Source of the DNA: Lama glama
Lineage: Eukaryota
Length of the DNA: 64,000 nucleotides
Direction of reading: 5' to 3'
Assembly (NCBI GenBank): GCA_028534125.1
Contig: CM052816.1
Span: 92,010,001 to 92,074,000, forward strand
The translations under genes were made by a program, and so were the position numbers. This document shows positions 12,691 to 25,879 of this stretch, in pieces. The notes beneath the pieces are model-generated. The model saw only the letters and a program-made list of their open reading frames with translations, did not search any database and was not told the DNA's origin. How positions within the stretch are numbered: position 1 is the stretch's first letter; each line of letters begins with the position of its first letter.

Positions 12691-15122
12691 ATCCACAGTT
12701 ACCATCTTTTTATTTGATTTTATTTTTCAAAAGTCAAAGGTGAGGTAAAAATGCCATTTTTTGCTGGGAAATAGTACATGAAAAATTTAAACTTAATTTA
12801 TTTTGTTCTGTAAATAAAATAAATATCTATGAAGATTCCTTCCCTCCCCAACTTTGCTCTCCAAAGAGAAGCTGTCTGATTTGCTTAGCAGTATAATAGA
12901 TCCTCTTATGCTTTATTTTTAGTACCTTTGCCAACTTTACAGAGCGTGAATATAACTTAGGAAACACACAACATATAATCTTAAAGGCACTGCTCTTAGA
13001 AATTTAAAATAGTTACAGACCGCTCCAAAGAATAGATCATCTCTGAATACACTGTGTGACGGACAAGTCTATTCAACATCAGGTGTTAGTGAAAGAGGCT
13101 TAAACGGAAAGCAACAGAGTTGAAATAATGATGGAGTCAGCGGTTAGTAAAGGAGACTCCATGTTTATTCACCGTGCATAATAATGCTTTGAATGGGTAC
13201 CAGAGTTGGTCTGGTCGGCAAAGTTTCTTTGTTTGGAATGGCGTGCTTTCTTTGTTCTTAGCAACTAAGTGATTTTCTACCTTGGCGATGCATCCCTTCC
13301 CCATTGGCAGATCTCCTGGCAGCTCGCCAAGCCCTCTGCACTCTCCCGGCTTTTCTGCTTCTCTCCTTTTCTCCTTTTCCCTCCCAGCTGCCCAGCCATC
13401 TCCCCACCTACTTTCTGTCCCCTCCAACACCCTCTGACCACATGCCAATTCTAGTTCTTGGAATCACTTTCCAATTAATGTACAGCAGCTTTCCCCACCT
13501 CCAACTCCATTTAGAGAGTCTCTTGGGGAAAAAAAACATGCTCTGCAAACATTCCAGCCCCAAGAGCCCTGCACGGCAGCCCTATTTGTGTACTGGTTTG
13601 TGCCGTTAGGCTGAACGTGATCAGGGAGGCATGAATAATTCTTTTCCCTCGGTGCCCTAGGAACACTTCAGGTGCCATGGAATCCATGCAAAATTACCAC
13701 GGAAGAACTCTCCCCCCCTGAGCTGTCCTGTCCTGTACCCCCGGGGACGTGCCAAATCTGAGATTGGCCCTGTGTCTCGCAATTCCAATGTCAGTTCTCC
13801 CTTTGGAGGTACCTGCTCTGTTGATTTTTATTAAACCAGCAGCCTCTTATAATTCACCTCCCCCCAACCCCCAAGTGCAAAATCCAGGCATAAAGGTCGA
13901 TGGTAGGAGCTTCCAGCTGCTTCGTAGGGCTCATCCTTGTGTACGTACACATACAGGCAGCCACGGGCATTAATGAGATGGCTGCAGGCCTGCGCCTTTA
14001 TTTCATGTTTTAAACCTCCGTGAGGTTTGGCCTGCTGAGCTTGGATTTTTCACATGTCCCCTCAAACCAAATTAAGTCCGCACTGTGCTGGCAATTACCG
14101 CAAAAATCTCTGACCCTGGTCAGAAAGATTCCAGGGGGCACAAAATGTGTAGCAGAAATTCTCAGTGTGTCTCTCAACTGGGAATTGTAGAGCCAGCCAT
14201 GATTTTCTTATTCAGAATAAGCGACTAGAAAAATCAAACATATTTTTTTTTAGTGCACAAAGCACTGAAGTTTTCAGTTAAGCTATCCCTAAACACATTG
14301 TTTCTGTAAGCCTGGAAGTGTTTTATAAAGGAATTCCGAATAATGAGACAAGTGAAGTGTCCCTGTGCTCTGCACTGCTGTCCTTTCCCTCTGGACAGGG
14401 ACCAGTCAGTCTGCATGAAGGGACCAGTTGCGGGGCTGGGAGGAGGAGTTAGTTTTGTCATTTCTCTAGCAGTCCACTGTCTCTTCCATGTCATCATTGT
14501 TAAGCTTTCTTTCAAGAGCACCTGCTCCTCTGAGACTCCGGCCGTCCAGCTGTAATGGCCCCCTATGCTTCCTCATCACTGTGGTTCTGTACCTGTATCT
14601 CTTTTGCTTTTGGCTTCATGTGTTGATCAAGGACCTATAAAACCACTCGGCCACAATGTATGTGACTCTATGCAGGGTCCTAACTTGACCTCTTTCATGA
14701 CTGGCCTCCCGCTGATAAGCACCAGGGTGTGCACACTGTCCAGCATCCACTCCCTTGGGCTGTTACCTTGCCTCCTGGTAAGAGGTAAGTGTCACCCCTG
14801 AGCATCTCTGCTTTCGATCTGAACCTTAGTAACCAGCATATTGCCACATCGTTCCTCTCTGTCAGTGTCTCTGACTCACATCTAATAGATGGAATCTACT
14901 TCCCAATGGGCTGATTTATTCATTAAAACTCTACATTTTCAACACACAAACTTTTTTACTTGGCTCGCTGACATTCAGAAGTGTTAGGACCTACAGGCTA
15001 CTTCTGCTGAGGAGGAGAGTGTTCCCTTTACCGCTTAGGTGTCAGGATGCCAAAGGTGCCACTTTCCTGTCTCCAAACACGTCCGCTTTAAGTAGCTGAC
15101 CTTGCCTACAATTTTACACCTT

Positions 15123-15484
15123 CTGTCTTCATCAGCTCTGGCTGCCGTAACAAAATACCACACACTGGGTGGTTAAACAATAGAAATTTGTCCCTTATAG
15201 TTCTGGAGGCTGGAATTTTGAGCTCAGGGTGCCATCATGGTTGGTTCTTGGTGAGAGCTCTCTTCCTGGCTTCTCACTGTGTCCTCACTTGGAAGAGAGA
15301 ATGAGCTCTCTGGTGTCTCTTCTTATAAGGACACTAATCCCATCAAACTGGAGCCTCGCCCTTATTACCTCATTTAATCTTAATTACTTCCGTACTCCTA
15401 GTATAGTCAACATTGGTGGTTAGGGCTTCAACACAATAATTTGGAGGAAGGGGGCTGGGGGTGGGCACAATTTGGTCCGTAACA
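15123..15484 (-). mobile_element. MaLR solo LTR (MLT1A-like)
   Basis: ggctgccgtaacaaaataccacacactgggtgg...tggtgtctcttcttataaggacactaatcccatc...ttagggcttcaacac. Confidence 0.88.
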
Positions 15485-15760
15485 CTTGCTTTGTGCTGGG
15501 TACATGGCAAGTGAATTGTAAATGAATGAAAGGATTTCTGTAGAGCAACAGGGCTCAGAGAATAGGCAATATGAGTTGTTAATGGAATGATCACTCAGAT
15601 GACTTTCTCCACTGATAGGCAGAAGCTCTGGAACAAAGTAGTGAAGCAAGAGAGGGCACATTTTATCTGGAGCAGTTAGAGTAAATAAATAGGAACTGAA
15701 AAAATGTAAAGTAAAGATTAGCAAAGCAGTCAGAGTCTTTCATAACTAGCAGATTATAAA

Positions 15761-15812
<52 letters not shown>
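15761..15812. repeat. Perfect (ATCT)13 tetranucleotide microsatellite
   Basis: Thirteen uninterrupted ATCT units. Confidence 0.97.
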
Positions 15813-15813
<1 letters not shown>

Positions 15814-17372
15814 CAGTAGTTTGTACCTGCTAATCCCTAAACAAACAAAAACAAAAACAAATAAACAAAAAAATCCATCTTGCTAAATTTCCTATAGGAT
15901 TCAGGTGAAGAAACTGAGGCCCAAAGAGTTTTGAAACCTGGGAGTCCTTGGCAAACCAAGGTAAGTTGTGCATCCTGTTTTTCCAATATGGCACGATATT
16001 ACGTGATTACAAAAAGGGAGATGTGTCTCGAAGAATATTAAATCCCCAAATGCATTCGAATTGTGACAGCGTGATGCCATAATGACAAATACAGAACTGT
16101 ATTTCCATAGAGCATTCCTCTGCAGAGACTGGCAAATTCCAAACTTCCAACAAGTTTCCCGCACACATGGGGCTTATTAGAGGCCCTGCATTTCCCTTGG
16201 CAAGGGAGACAACTTGTATTTAAATACTAAGGCGAGCTGCTCTCCGTAATGTATGCAGAGTGGGCTTCAACCATGTGTTGGAATGACATCAGCAATCCAC
16301 AAACCCGGGCTGCGGAGGTTCAAGATCACTGCCTGCCAGAAAGATGAAAAGAGTGGGGTTGTTATATGTCAGGGGAAAACCGACAAACTTACCCATTCCA
16401 GCTAACAGAGGACTCTCTGATTTGCCTCGAACTGAATGGAGTCTTAAAGAATCTCTGCTTTTTGCTGGAATATTTATCCATATTTATCCATACACTATTT
16501 TCATTAGATGTTAAGATGCAGTGTGCAGGTAATATGTCCTTTATTTGCATTGTCAAGTGATTTCCATAGCAAAGCTGTATTAAAGCCTTGATATTTGTGG
16601 ATCTGCCTGTGAGACCCCAAAATGTGCACCACACAGGAAATAGACTACAGTCAGGCACCTTCCTCCAGACACAGAACCCAAGTATTCCAGCTAGTAAGTA
16701 GAGACATGCTTTTATTTAAAAGAATGGAGATGGTGGCATCGCAACTTAAAAAAAAAAAAAAACTTTCCAAGTTTTCATGAAATAGGACGGCTCCCACTAT
16801 CTCTTTGTAATGTTCATTCGTTTTCTTTTACTTGATTGTGATGGCAGTTCTGATATCTGCCCACAGACAGGTAGAAGCCAAGAGTCTGAAACTCTTGCCA
16901 ACAGGGAAGAAAATAAATTGACCAGATGGCTGCCATTCTGTGAGAAATATTCATGTGAAAAAATCATGGTTGATGAAATAAATCAACACATTCTTCCTGC
17001 TTGAACACGTTACATGCCATTAAGGCAAAGAGAATTTCACAGGACTTCTGAGGTGTGGAATTTTTAGCGTTTTCAGTCTGGAAAGAGCAGTAGGTTTAAG
17101 ATTGGAAAAATTGGTTTAAAATTGTGTCTAAGAGTTATTGGCTGTCTGACTTGTGCAAAGTACATCATCTCTCAGGTATAAAGCCTCCCCACGCAATTTA
17201 ATGGGATGAGTACATTGGGTCATCTCTTTGGTCCGTCTATCACTCAGTTTCCATGATGCTGACATCCCCAACACTGGATTTCAAAGCACTGGGGAAACTT
17301 CTCTTCCTTCTTTTGTACAGCACCAGCATGAAGATACACTTAAGCAGACCCAAAGGGATGACCCCAATACTT

Positions 17373-17757
17373 TGTCATGAACTAAATGTTATAGACCAAA
17401 ATTCATATGTTGAAACCTTAGCCTCCAATGTGACAGTATTTGGAGATACTGCCTCTGAGAAGGTAATATAGATCAAATGAGACCAAAAGGATGGGGCCCT
17501 AATCTAAAAGGCTAGTGCTCCTAGGAATAGGCACTAGAGTGACCAGAATGGCCTCTCTCTTGCTCTGTGCCATGCAAGGCCACAGCATGAAGACAGTCAT
17601 TTGTACCCCAAGGAGAGCTCTCACATCAGGTACGTACCTTGCTGGTCCCTCAGTCTTGGACTTTGAGGCTCCAGAATTGTGAGAAAATAAATTTCTGTTG
17701 TTTAAACCACTCAGTCTATGGTATATTTTGTTACGACAGCTGAAGTAGACTAATACA
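17373..17757 (+). mobile_element. MaLR solo LTR (MLT1A/MST-like)
   Basis: aattcatatgttgaaacc...aatgtgacagtatttggagat...ctccagaattgtgagaaaataaatttctgttgtttaaaccactcagtctatgg...gactaataca. Confidence 0.88.
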
Positions 17758-18194
17758 TACTTATATATTTTTTAATTATTAAAGCCTCAATTCCTACTTT
17801 CATACCTTGATTCCAACAATTAGAATCAGGACACATGACAATTCAATACTACTAACACTCTGGATTTGATCCTTAGGCAAATACTTTAACATAAGAGTTC
17901 TCTGTGCTTCTCAAAAGCTATAAACTTTTTTACAAAAGTGAGCTCAGGTGGTTGATTGATCTTTGGCAAGGATGCCAAGACCATTCAAAGAGGAAAGGAT
18001 AATCTTCCCAAAAAATGATTTTGGGAAAACAGAGTATCCATGTGCAAAAGAATGAAATTGAACTCTTTTCTTACCCCATATACAAAAATTAACTCAAAAT
18101 GTGTCAAAGGTCTAAACTTGGGAGGTGAAACTAAAAAAAACACTTAGAAGAAAACATAAAAGAAATTTCATGATCTTAGATTTGGTCATTCTTT

Positions 18195-19569
18195 TTAACA
18201 TTTTTTTATTGAGTTAGAGTCATTTCACAGTGTGGTGTCAAATTCCAGTGTAGAGCACAATTTTTCAGTTATACATGAACATACATATATTCATTGTCAT
18301 ATTTTTTTTTGCTGTGAGCTACCACAAGATCTTGTATATATTTCCCTGTGCTATACAATATAATCTTGTTTATCTATTCTACATATGCCTGTCAGTATCT
18401 ACAAATTTTGAACTCCCAGTCTATCCCTTCCCACCCCCCTCCCCCTTGGCAACCACAAGTTTCTATTCTCTGTCTATGAGTCTGTTTCTGTTTTGTATTT
18501 ATGTTCTCTNNNNNNNNNNNNNNNNNNNNNNNNNNNNNNNNNNNNNNNNNNNNNNNNNNNNNNNNNNNNNNNNNNNNNNNNNNNNNNNNNNNNNNNNNNN
18601 NNNNNNNNNNNNNNNNNNNNNNNNNNNNNNNNNNNNNNNNNNNNNNNNNNNNNNNNNNNNNNNNNNNNNNNNNNNNNNNNNNNNNNNNNNNNNNNNNNNN
18701 NNNNNNNNNNNNNNNNNNNNNNNNNNNNNNNNNNNNNNNNNNNNNNNNNNNNNNNNNNNNNNNNNNNNNNNNNNNNNNNNNNNNNNNNNNNNNNNNNNNN
18801 NNNNNNNNNNNNNNNNNNNNNNNNNNNNNNNNNNNNNNNNNNNNNNNNNNNNNNNNNNNNNNNNNNNNNNNNNNNNNNNNNNNNNNNNNNNNNNNNNNNN
18901 NNNNNNNNNNNNNNNNNNNNNNNNNNNNNNNNNNNNNNNNNNNNNNNNNNNNNNNNNNNNNNNNNNNNNNNNNNNNNNNNNNNNNNNNNNNNNNNNNNNN
19001 NNNNNNNNNAACATTGGGGTGCAAGTGTCTTTTTGAAGTAGGGTTCCTTCTGGATATATGCCTAGGAGCGGGATTCCTGGGTCATATGTTAAGTGTACTC
19101 CTAGTCTTTTGAGGAATCTCCATACTGTTTTCCACAGTGGCTTCACCAAACTGCATACCCACCAGCAGTGTAGGAGGGTTCCCTTTTCTCCACAGCCTCT
19201 CCAGCATTTGTCATTTGTTGGCTTTTGAATGATGGCCATTCTGACTGGTGTGAGGTGATACCTCACTGTAGTTTTGATTTGCATTTTCTGATAATTAGTG
19301 ATATTGAGCAGTTTTTCATGTGCCTATTGATCATTTGTATTTTTTCCTTGGAGAATTGCTTGTTTAGGTCTTCTGCCCATTTTTGGATTGGGTTGTTTGT
19401 TTTTTTCTTATTAAGTCATATGAGCTGCTTATATATTCTGGAGATCAAGCCTTTGTCGGTTTCACCATTTGCAAAAATTCTCTCCCATTCTGTAGGTTGT
19501 CATTTACTTTTGTTTATGGTTTCCTTTGCTGTGCAGAAGCTTGTAAGTTTAATTAGGTCTCATTTGTTT
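18195..19569 (-). mobile_element. Young 5'-truncated LINE-1 inserted antisense into the older L1; spans assembly gap 1
   Basis: ORF2 peptide [21 protein letters not shown]...[20 protein letters not shown] atttggtcattcttt (18180-18194) versus atttggtcatgtcttt (19570-19585). Confidence 0.93.
18510..19009. other. Assembly gap (exactly 500 N)
   Basis: Run of N. Confidence 0.99.
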
Positions 19570-20649
19570 ATTTGGTCATGTCTTTTATGACAACAAAAAT
19601 CAGGCAACAAAAGAAAAATAGATAAATTGGACTTCATCAAAATTAAAAACTATTGTACACCAAAGGACACTATCAAGAGAGTGAAAAGACAAACCACAGA
19701 ATGAAAGAACATATTTGCAAATCAGACATCTGATAAAGCAGTCACATCAGGAACATTTATAAAGAACTCCTACAACTTAACACCAGAAAAACCCATGAAA
19801 ACAAACAAAAAAACCCAATTCCAAAATGGCCAAAAAGTTTGAATAGACATTTTTCTAAAGAAGATATAGAAATAGTCAATAAGCACAGGAAAAGATGCTA
19901 ACATCACTAGTCATTAGAAAAATGCAAATCCAAAACCACAGTGAGATACCATGTCACACACATTAGGATGGATGTAATAAAAAAAAAGATTTGGAAAATA
20001 ACTGTTGGTGAAGATATGGAGAAATTGGAACACTTGTACACTACTGGTGAGGATGCAAAACGATGCAGCCACTGTGTAAAACAATTTAGCATTTTCTCAA
20101 AAAGTTAAACACAAAATTACCCTGTAATACAGCAGGGACTCAAATAGATACTTGTATATCAATGTTCATAGCAGTATTGTTTACAATAGCCAAGAGGTGG
20201 AAACAACCAAGTGTGCACCAGCATATGAGTGGATAAACAGAATGTGGTATGTGCATACAATGGAACATTATTCAGTCATAAAAAATATTCAATACATGCT
20301 ACAATGTGGCTGGACCTTGAAAACATTATGCAAAGTGAAATAAACCAGAAACAAAAAGACAAATTTTGTATGATTTCACTTATGTAAGAGCAGCCAAGAA
20401 TAATCAAACTCATAGATACAGAAAGGAGAATAGGGGTTGTCAAGGGCTGTAGAGGTGGAAATGGGGAGAATTATTTAATGGACACAGAGCTTATGTTAGA
20501 GATGATGAAAAGTTTTGGAGATAGACGGTAGTCATGCATGTACAACATTGTGAATGTACCTAATGCCACTGAATTGTATGCCTAAGAATGGCCAAGATGG
20601 TAAATACTACATTATGTACACTTCATAGCAATAAATTTAAAAAAAATCC

Positions 20650-21345
20650 TGAGTTGATGCAACTCCTTCTCCCTACTACCAATCTAGCCCATGTTGGCAC
20701 ATCTCTCACTAGGGCCCCAATAAGAGCCTCCTAAACAGTGTTCCTGTTCCTACACATGCCTTCACAGCCACCAAATTTCTTTATAGCTGCCACAGTAATC
20801 TTTTAATCACAAAAATCAAATTTGGTCAATCTCCCAGCAGCTTCCCACCACATTTATAATGAAATCCAAATGCCCTCCCCATGTCCCTCCAAGCCCACAT
20901 CATCTGATTGCTCCCCCAGCTTGCATCTCGTCTCAGACTCTGTCCCCCTGGCTCCTTCAACTGCCCCACATGGACTGTCCAGTGGGCTCCCTCCTCAGAG
21001 ACTCTGCTGTTTTGATCACTCTTTCCTCCAGAGCATAATTGCCTGGCTCCTCATCATCCAACTCTCAGTGCAAATGTCTCCATAGAGAGGCTTCCTCCAA
21101 TTTCCATCTAAAGCAGCTCCCAGCCTTTAGCACCCTTTACCGGATGGCCCTATTTTATTTTCAGCATAAGAATGATCATTATCACTATTTGGGATTATCT
21201 TGATTATTTACATATTCAAATGTTCATCCATCTCCCTTTAGACTATAAACCCCAAGAAAACAGGGACTTTGTTTTGTTTACTGCTGTATCTTCATTGCCA
21301 GAGGCTGTCACACAATAGACACTCAATCATTATTTGTCAAAGAAA
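20650..21345 (+). mobile_element. L2 (L2a-like) 3' end
   Basis: ctcagtgcaaatgtctccatagagaggcttcc...gactataaaccccaagaaaacagggactttg...cacaatagacactcaatcattatttg. Confidence 0.8.
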
Positions 21346-22199
21346 TACTTTTTCAAAGTGAGCTAAAGTACTTCCTATTCTATAACTATAATTTATAAGA
21401 AAACAACTCCCAAATTTACCATTATTGTCTTAATTTAGAAGTGAGTGAATTCTTTTTTGGTTCTTCTGTTTTTCTTGGTTCCTTTATATTGATATGTTCC
21501 AATGAACTTTTAGAAATAGTCAAACATACTTCTTTATTGTGTAGAATTCCTAAGTCATAAGGAATGAACATGTCAAAGAAACAAACATAATTCTCTTATA
21601 TTTTACACAAAGAAAGTATCTAGAATGCCTAAATATAAAAATATTTTGTTTGTCAAGACAACATAAGTAATATTAGCACATATTTTCACAAAAATTATTT
21701 AACAATAATACACTGGAGAAACTGTAAGAGTAATTTGTTTATAAAAATAGGACTAACTGACAAAGCCTGTAAACCCACCAAACTATACAGCTGAACATTC
21801 CACAAATCCATGTTACAGGACCCAATCATTCAAGAATTAAAACTTTCCATTTCAGGAAAATTACATACTATGTCTTCAGAAAAATAGTACAGCTTTAAGA
21901 TCCCTGGAAGAAATAATCAAACTGGTTTCTGTGGGAATATATAAGAAATAAGAGGAGGTTTTTGCAAAGGGAAAGATAAAAATTCCTACAGCTTTAGCCA
22001 GAAAATATAACAAGTAATCAGGAAGCGACCAGACCAAGAATTCACAAAGTCATTCAACATTTCTTGAGCTTCTACTGTGTTGGGGAATTGGGAGCAGCAA
22101 ATGTAAGAATTCTGTTGGAATCTCTAAATTTTGCACCTGGAGTTGCCACACCTGTGATGGAGGCAAGAAACAAAATTGCATCTATGGTCCATCTGGGAC

Positions 22200-23480
22200 T
22201 TTGAGTAAAGGCTCAGTTGCTGGCTAGACTGTCACCAGTAGAACTTTAATCAGAGCTTCAAGAAGAGCTGTGAATTCAACTGAACCTCATAACACTCTCC
22301 CCATGGCAGCCTTGAACATCACCCCAAATATAAGCCCCTTGGTTACTCTGTCCTGTCCTCTGCTCCCCTTGCCTGCCTTTTCACCCAAGCTGCCATGTCC
22401 CCAGCATCCTCTGTGATGTCCTCTGCAATTCCCGGTTCTCAGCCTGGTCTTGGGGGGCATCCTCTTCTGTCTGTTTCCCTTAGACCCTTGAGTATCTGCT
22501 CTTACTACTTCCCATGAATCTGAGGATAGTGGTGGGAAGTTTCTTGGTCAACATAACTATTTTCACACTATATTATCCTCATTTAAAAGGATCTTTAGGC
22601 TCAGAACGCTCAGATCTCATGCCTCCTGGTAGTCTGTGTTATGATCATATGCCAACCGCTTGTCTGTGTCCACTTTTAGTTGAGATCCTTGGCACTTGGC
22701 ACATACCCTTTCTTTCAATGCCAAAAGCCACCAGGATCCCAGGTGACTGCAACATCTAAGTGGATCAAACTTTCAACTTCATTTTCCTTTAGGAAACTAT
22801 TTCCAGGGCCAAGTCCTGGACTGAATCACTATGCAAAACCACTTTATCTCTGAATAAACCATCAACCACAGGTATCTTATAAAACTCTAATTTCAGATTA
22901 ATCTAAACATCAGACTTTTTACTCCCACAACTAAGCTGCTGAGCACTGCTTGGAAAAACCATTTGTCTGGGAGGAAAAATAAAGTTGCACTTGGCCAATA
23001 ATCTCTTTAAGGATCCTTAGGAGCTAACCTCTCCTTTGCTTCTTAAGACCTACTCTATGTTTCCCTCTCTCTCATCTTCCCTTGGTCCCATCTTGCCTCT
23101 CAGCAGGTACCTCACTTGTTGCTTCAACGTGGCGATGAAGGCTTCCCAGCGATTAACTCCCCCGACTCCCTGCCCATCCGGTTTAGCAATTTCCATGCGT
23201 CTGCATCCATCCTCACTCCTGTTCTCCTTGTTCAGAGTAAGGTACAGCCATCCTTCAGTCTGCTTTCTGGATCCTAACGCCACCTGCTTCCTCAGGGATT
23301 TTGTTCCATTAGCTCTCCCTCCTCCCTCCTGGATCTTCAAACTCTATCTTCTGATGGCCCCTCCATCTCAGCATACAAAAAAATCTCAGAGTATGCTTGT
23401 CTCTAACCTCTCCTTCACAGACAAGTTTGATGAAAGAGTAGCCATTGCTTGCAGTCACCATGCCCTCTTTTGCCATTTTA
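22200..23480 (+). mobile_element. Highly decayed L2 body fragment
   Basis: Pyrimidine-rich, L2 ORF2-like texture (ccaggtgactgcaacatctaagtggat; tctggatcctaacgccacctgcttcctcaggga). Confidence 0.5.
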
Positions 23481-23534
23481 CTCCTCAGTTCAATTGATGG
23501 ATTGGTGAATGCAAAGATGTGCATGCTTTCCAAG

Positions 23535-23710
23535 AGGGAGCATGGTGTAGACCGAGGCACAAAAGTTCTTGGTTCCTGGCTTGACCACTGTGTGTCTTGG
23601 GTAAATCACTTCTCTCTCTGAACCTCAGATAAAGCACATGAGCATATGTTGTAAACTATGAAATTAACATTCAAATTAACAGGTGTGTGAAAGTGTTTAT
23701 TAATTTTAGC
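23535..23710 (+). mobile_element. MIR fragment
   Basis: gagcatggtgtag...gtgtcttgggtaaatcacttctctctctgaacctcag. Confidence 0.6.
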
Positions 23711-24277
23711 GGGCTATTTAAATATAAATGTCTAATTATTTTTCCCAATATTATTCACGTTCTAATAAGGATCTGCTTTTTCCAGATGATAAATCCCTTT
23801 AGCAAAAAATAATGCTATGGTGAAATTTCAGACACTGGAGTGGGTCAGCCCACAGAGTATTTTGGGTCATCATTTTAGTGCAACCTCACCTTGTTAGCAA
23901 CTCACCCTGACGTAGGTTCCACTGGATACGTGCAAAAACAGAGTTTAGAAATGAGGTATCGTAACAGTCTGTTGAAGGTCACAAACTACTTTCCGAATGT
24001 TTGGGGTTCAATAAAATTCCAGGTGTATTTGGCCCTGAGCAATTTTATTTTGTTTTTAAACTCGTGTGTGTTTTAAAGAAAATTTTATCCATATGTTTTT
24101 GATTCATTTACACTTCAATCATTAAAATTTGGCTTATTTCATAGTTATCTAATGTCCAAGAACTTTTTTTTAAATAAGTGTTTAAAACTACTTTCCTTTA
24201 AAAAGAAAAAGCCTCTCTAAGAAAAGGTCAGATAACAGGAAGCTGTGGTTTGCCAAGAGTAAATAAATTTTACTCAC

Positions 24278-24330
24278 CCAAAGGTTCCATTTTGAGTCCA
24301 GTCTCCAAACCTGTCATCTCTGTGTTGTGT
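24278..24330 (-). other. Candidate 53-nt spliced exon (unassigned)
   Basis: Minus strand: ttgttttgctaaggttttcttcag|ACACAAC...AAAATGGAACCTTTGG|gtgagta, with strong acceptor and donor in non-repeat sequence. Confidence 0.4.
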
Positions 24331-24469
24331 CTGAAGAAAACCTTAGCAAAACAACTTCTGCCCTCCAAAATAAGCAGAAAAGTGCCAGGGGAACTTAAAT
24401 TTAAAATAACTAGCAAAGCATGGCACACGTATCCACAACTGCACACATCCACCTGCAGATCTGTAAACT

Positions 24470-24660
24470 GACATTGGCTATGTAGCCTGGAATCAGGGTG
24501 AGAACTTAGAGCCATTTAATTTAGTAGGGTCTCAGTTTCCCCCTTAATAATATAGACTTAATAAGATCCTCCCTACTTATATTAAAGTAAGGAAGACAAA
24601 GCCAAGTAATGTAAAAGATACTACAGCCACTTAGAAAATATAAAGTGCTTTGTAATTATA
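24470..24660 (+). mobile_element. MIR fragment
   Basis: gtctcagtttcccccttaataatatagacttaataagatcctccctactt... Confidence 0.5.
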
Positions 24661-24929
24661 TTATATCTAAAGAACAGTACAAAAAATGTATAATTATTAG
24701 TGTGAAATGAAGAATTTCGTAAACATGTCAATTTTTGGTAATTACAGTGGAATACTATTAACGAAAAACAATTTTAAACTGAATTCAAAGTTTGGGCTTC
24801 TTTGTAATCATCAGTTTTATAATGCTGCACCATTCATTCATCCTTATTTTTTCTTGATCCAGAGATATTCTAGAACAAGTTTGAAGAATTTTTAAAATTA
24901 CAGGATTGTAGTAAATACTCATTAAATAT

Positions 24930-25085
24930 TTACAATGTGCTGGTCCCTTTAATGTACACGGTTTTATTTAATCCTCACTTAATCCTGTGGAATAGATATC
25001 CTGATGCTCAATTTATAGGTGAGGGCACGAAGAGACTAGTTGAAGGTCATATAGCAAGTGGGCCAAACAGCGCTCAAACCAGCAC
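24930..25085 (-). mobile_element. MIR fragment
   Basis: tttaatcctcacttaatcctgtggaatagat...tttataggtgagggcacg...gaaggtcatatagcaagt. Confidence 0.6.
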
Positions 25086-25475
25086 AGACATTACACTCCA
25101 GATATTTTTCATTTCCTTTGGTGAAGTTGTTTCCAACTTCTCAAAATGTAAAGAAAAAAATTCCAAATTAAAAAATATAGTATTACTCTTCCTGGAAATA
25201 CAAAGGTAATAAAAAATAAGTAAAATTACCCCCTTTAATGCTTTCCTGATTCAATCTTTGCTTGCCTTGGAGGACTGGCTATTTACAATATATCTTTAAG
25301 TATTAAGTTCAACAGCAGTTAAACATCACTGTGATTGGATTAACAAGGCAAATTTTATTGCTTCTCTAGTATTAGGGTGTGTACCTTGTTCGCTGCCTGG
25401 GAGGAAATGTTGTTTAATCTTCCTTAGTTTTATAATGCACCATTTCACTGTTTGGTCTTTCCTGAAAACCACACG

Positions 25476-25682
25476 AAAGAAAGAGAGAGAGAGAAGAAAA
25501 GAAAGAGAAAGAAAGAAAGAAAGAAAGGAAGAAAGAAAGGAAGAAAGAAAGGAAGGAAGGAAGGAAGAAAGAAAGAAAGAAAGAAAGAAAGGAAGGAAGG
25601 GAGGAAGGGAGGAAGGAAGGAAGGAAGAAAGAAAAAGAAAGAATGAAAGGGAAACAAAGAAAGAAAGGGAAAGAAAGAAAGA
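25476..25682. repeat. Compound (GAAA)n/(GGAA)n polypurine microsatellite
   Basis: About 200 bp of nearly pure purines on the + strand. Confidence 0.97.
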
Positions 25683-25879
25683 GCGAGCGAGTCTTTCATA
25701 AACTTTCCTAGAGCAAGTGAGCCACCTTAAGAAATACTTTTAACAAAGTCCTAGAGTATAGAACCAGGTTATCAGTCTCTTGTGTTTGGTCAATGTTAGC
25801 AATATTTGTGGGTCTGCAGCCTGCATATGGTTTCTGGCTTCTACAATTCACTAGATTTTTTTTTTTTTTCAAAGAGCGC

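Larger units (their letters stand above)
17945..20645 (+). mobile_element. Older LINE-1 (L1MA/MB-like) 3' portion, interrupted by a younger antisense L1
   Basis: ORF2-type sequence at 17945-18194 resumes at ~19586. It ends in an L1MB-like tail (gtacaacattgtgaatgtacctaatgccactgaattgt) and an A-run. Confidence 0.88.

Noticed and set aside
18275..19284. Long ORFs of 180-260 aa in the ORF track
   Set aside because: They are artefacts of reading through the N gap; the real residues are L1 sequence.
23036..23497. 153-aa ORF
   Set aside because: It lies in pyrimidine-rich L2-like sequence, has no ATG start and shows no recognisable protein similarity.
25435..25701. Lys/Glu/Arg-rich and Phe/Leu/Ser-rich ORFs
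   Set aside because: They are translations of the GAAA/GGAA microsatellite.
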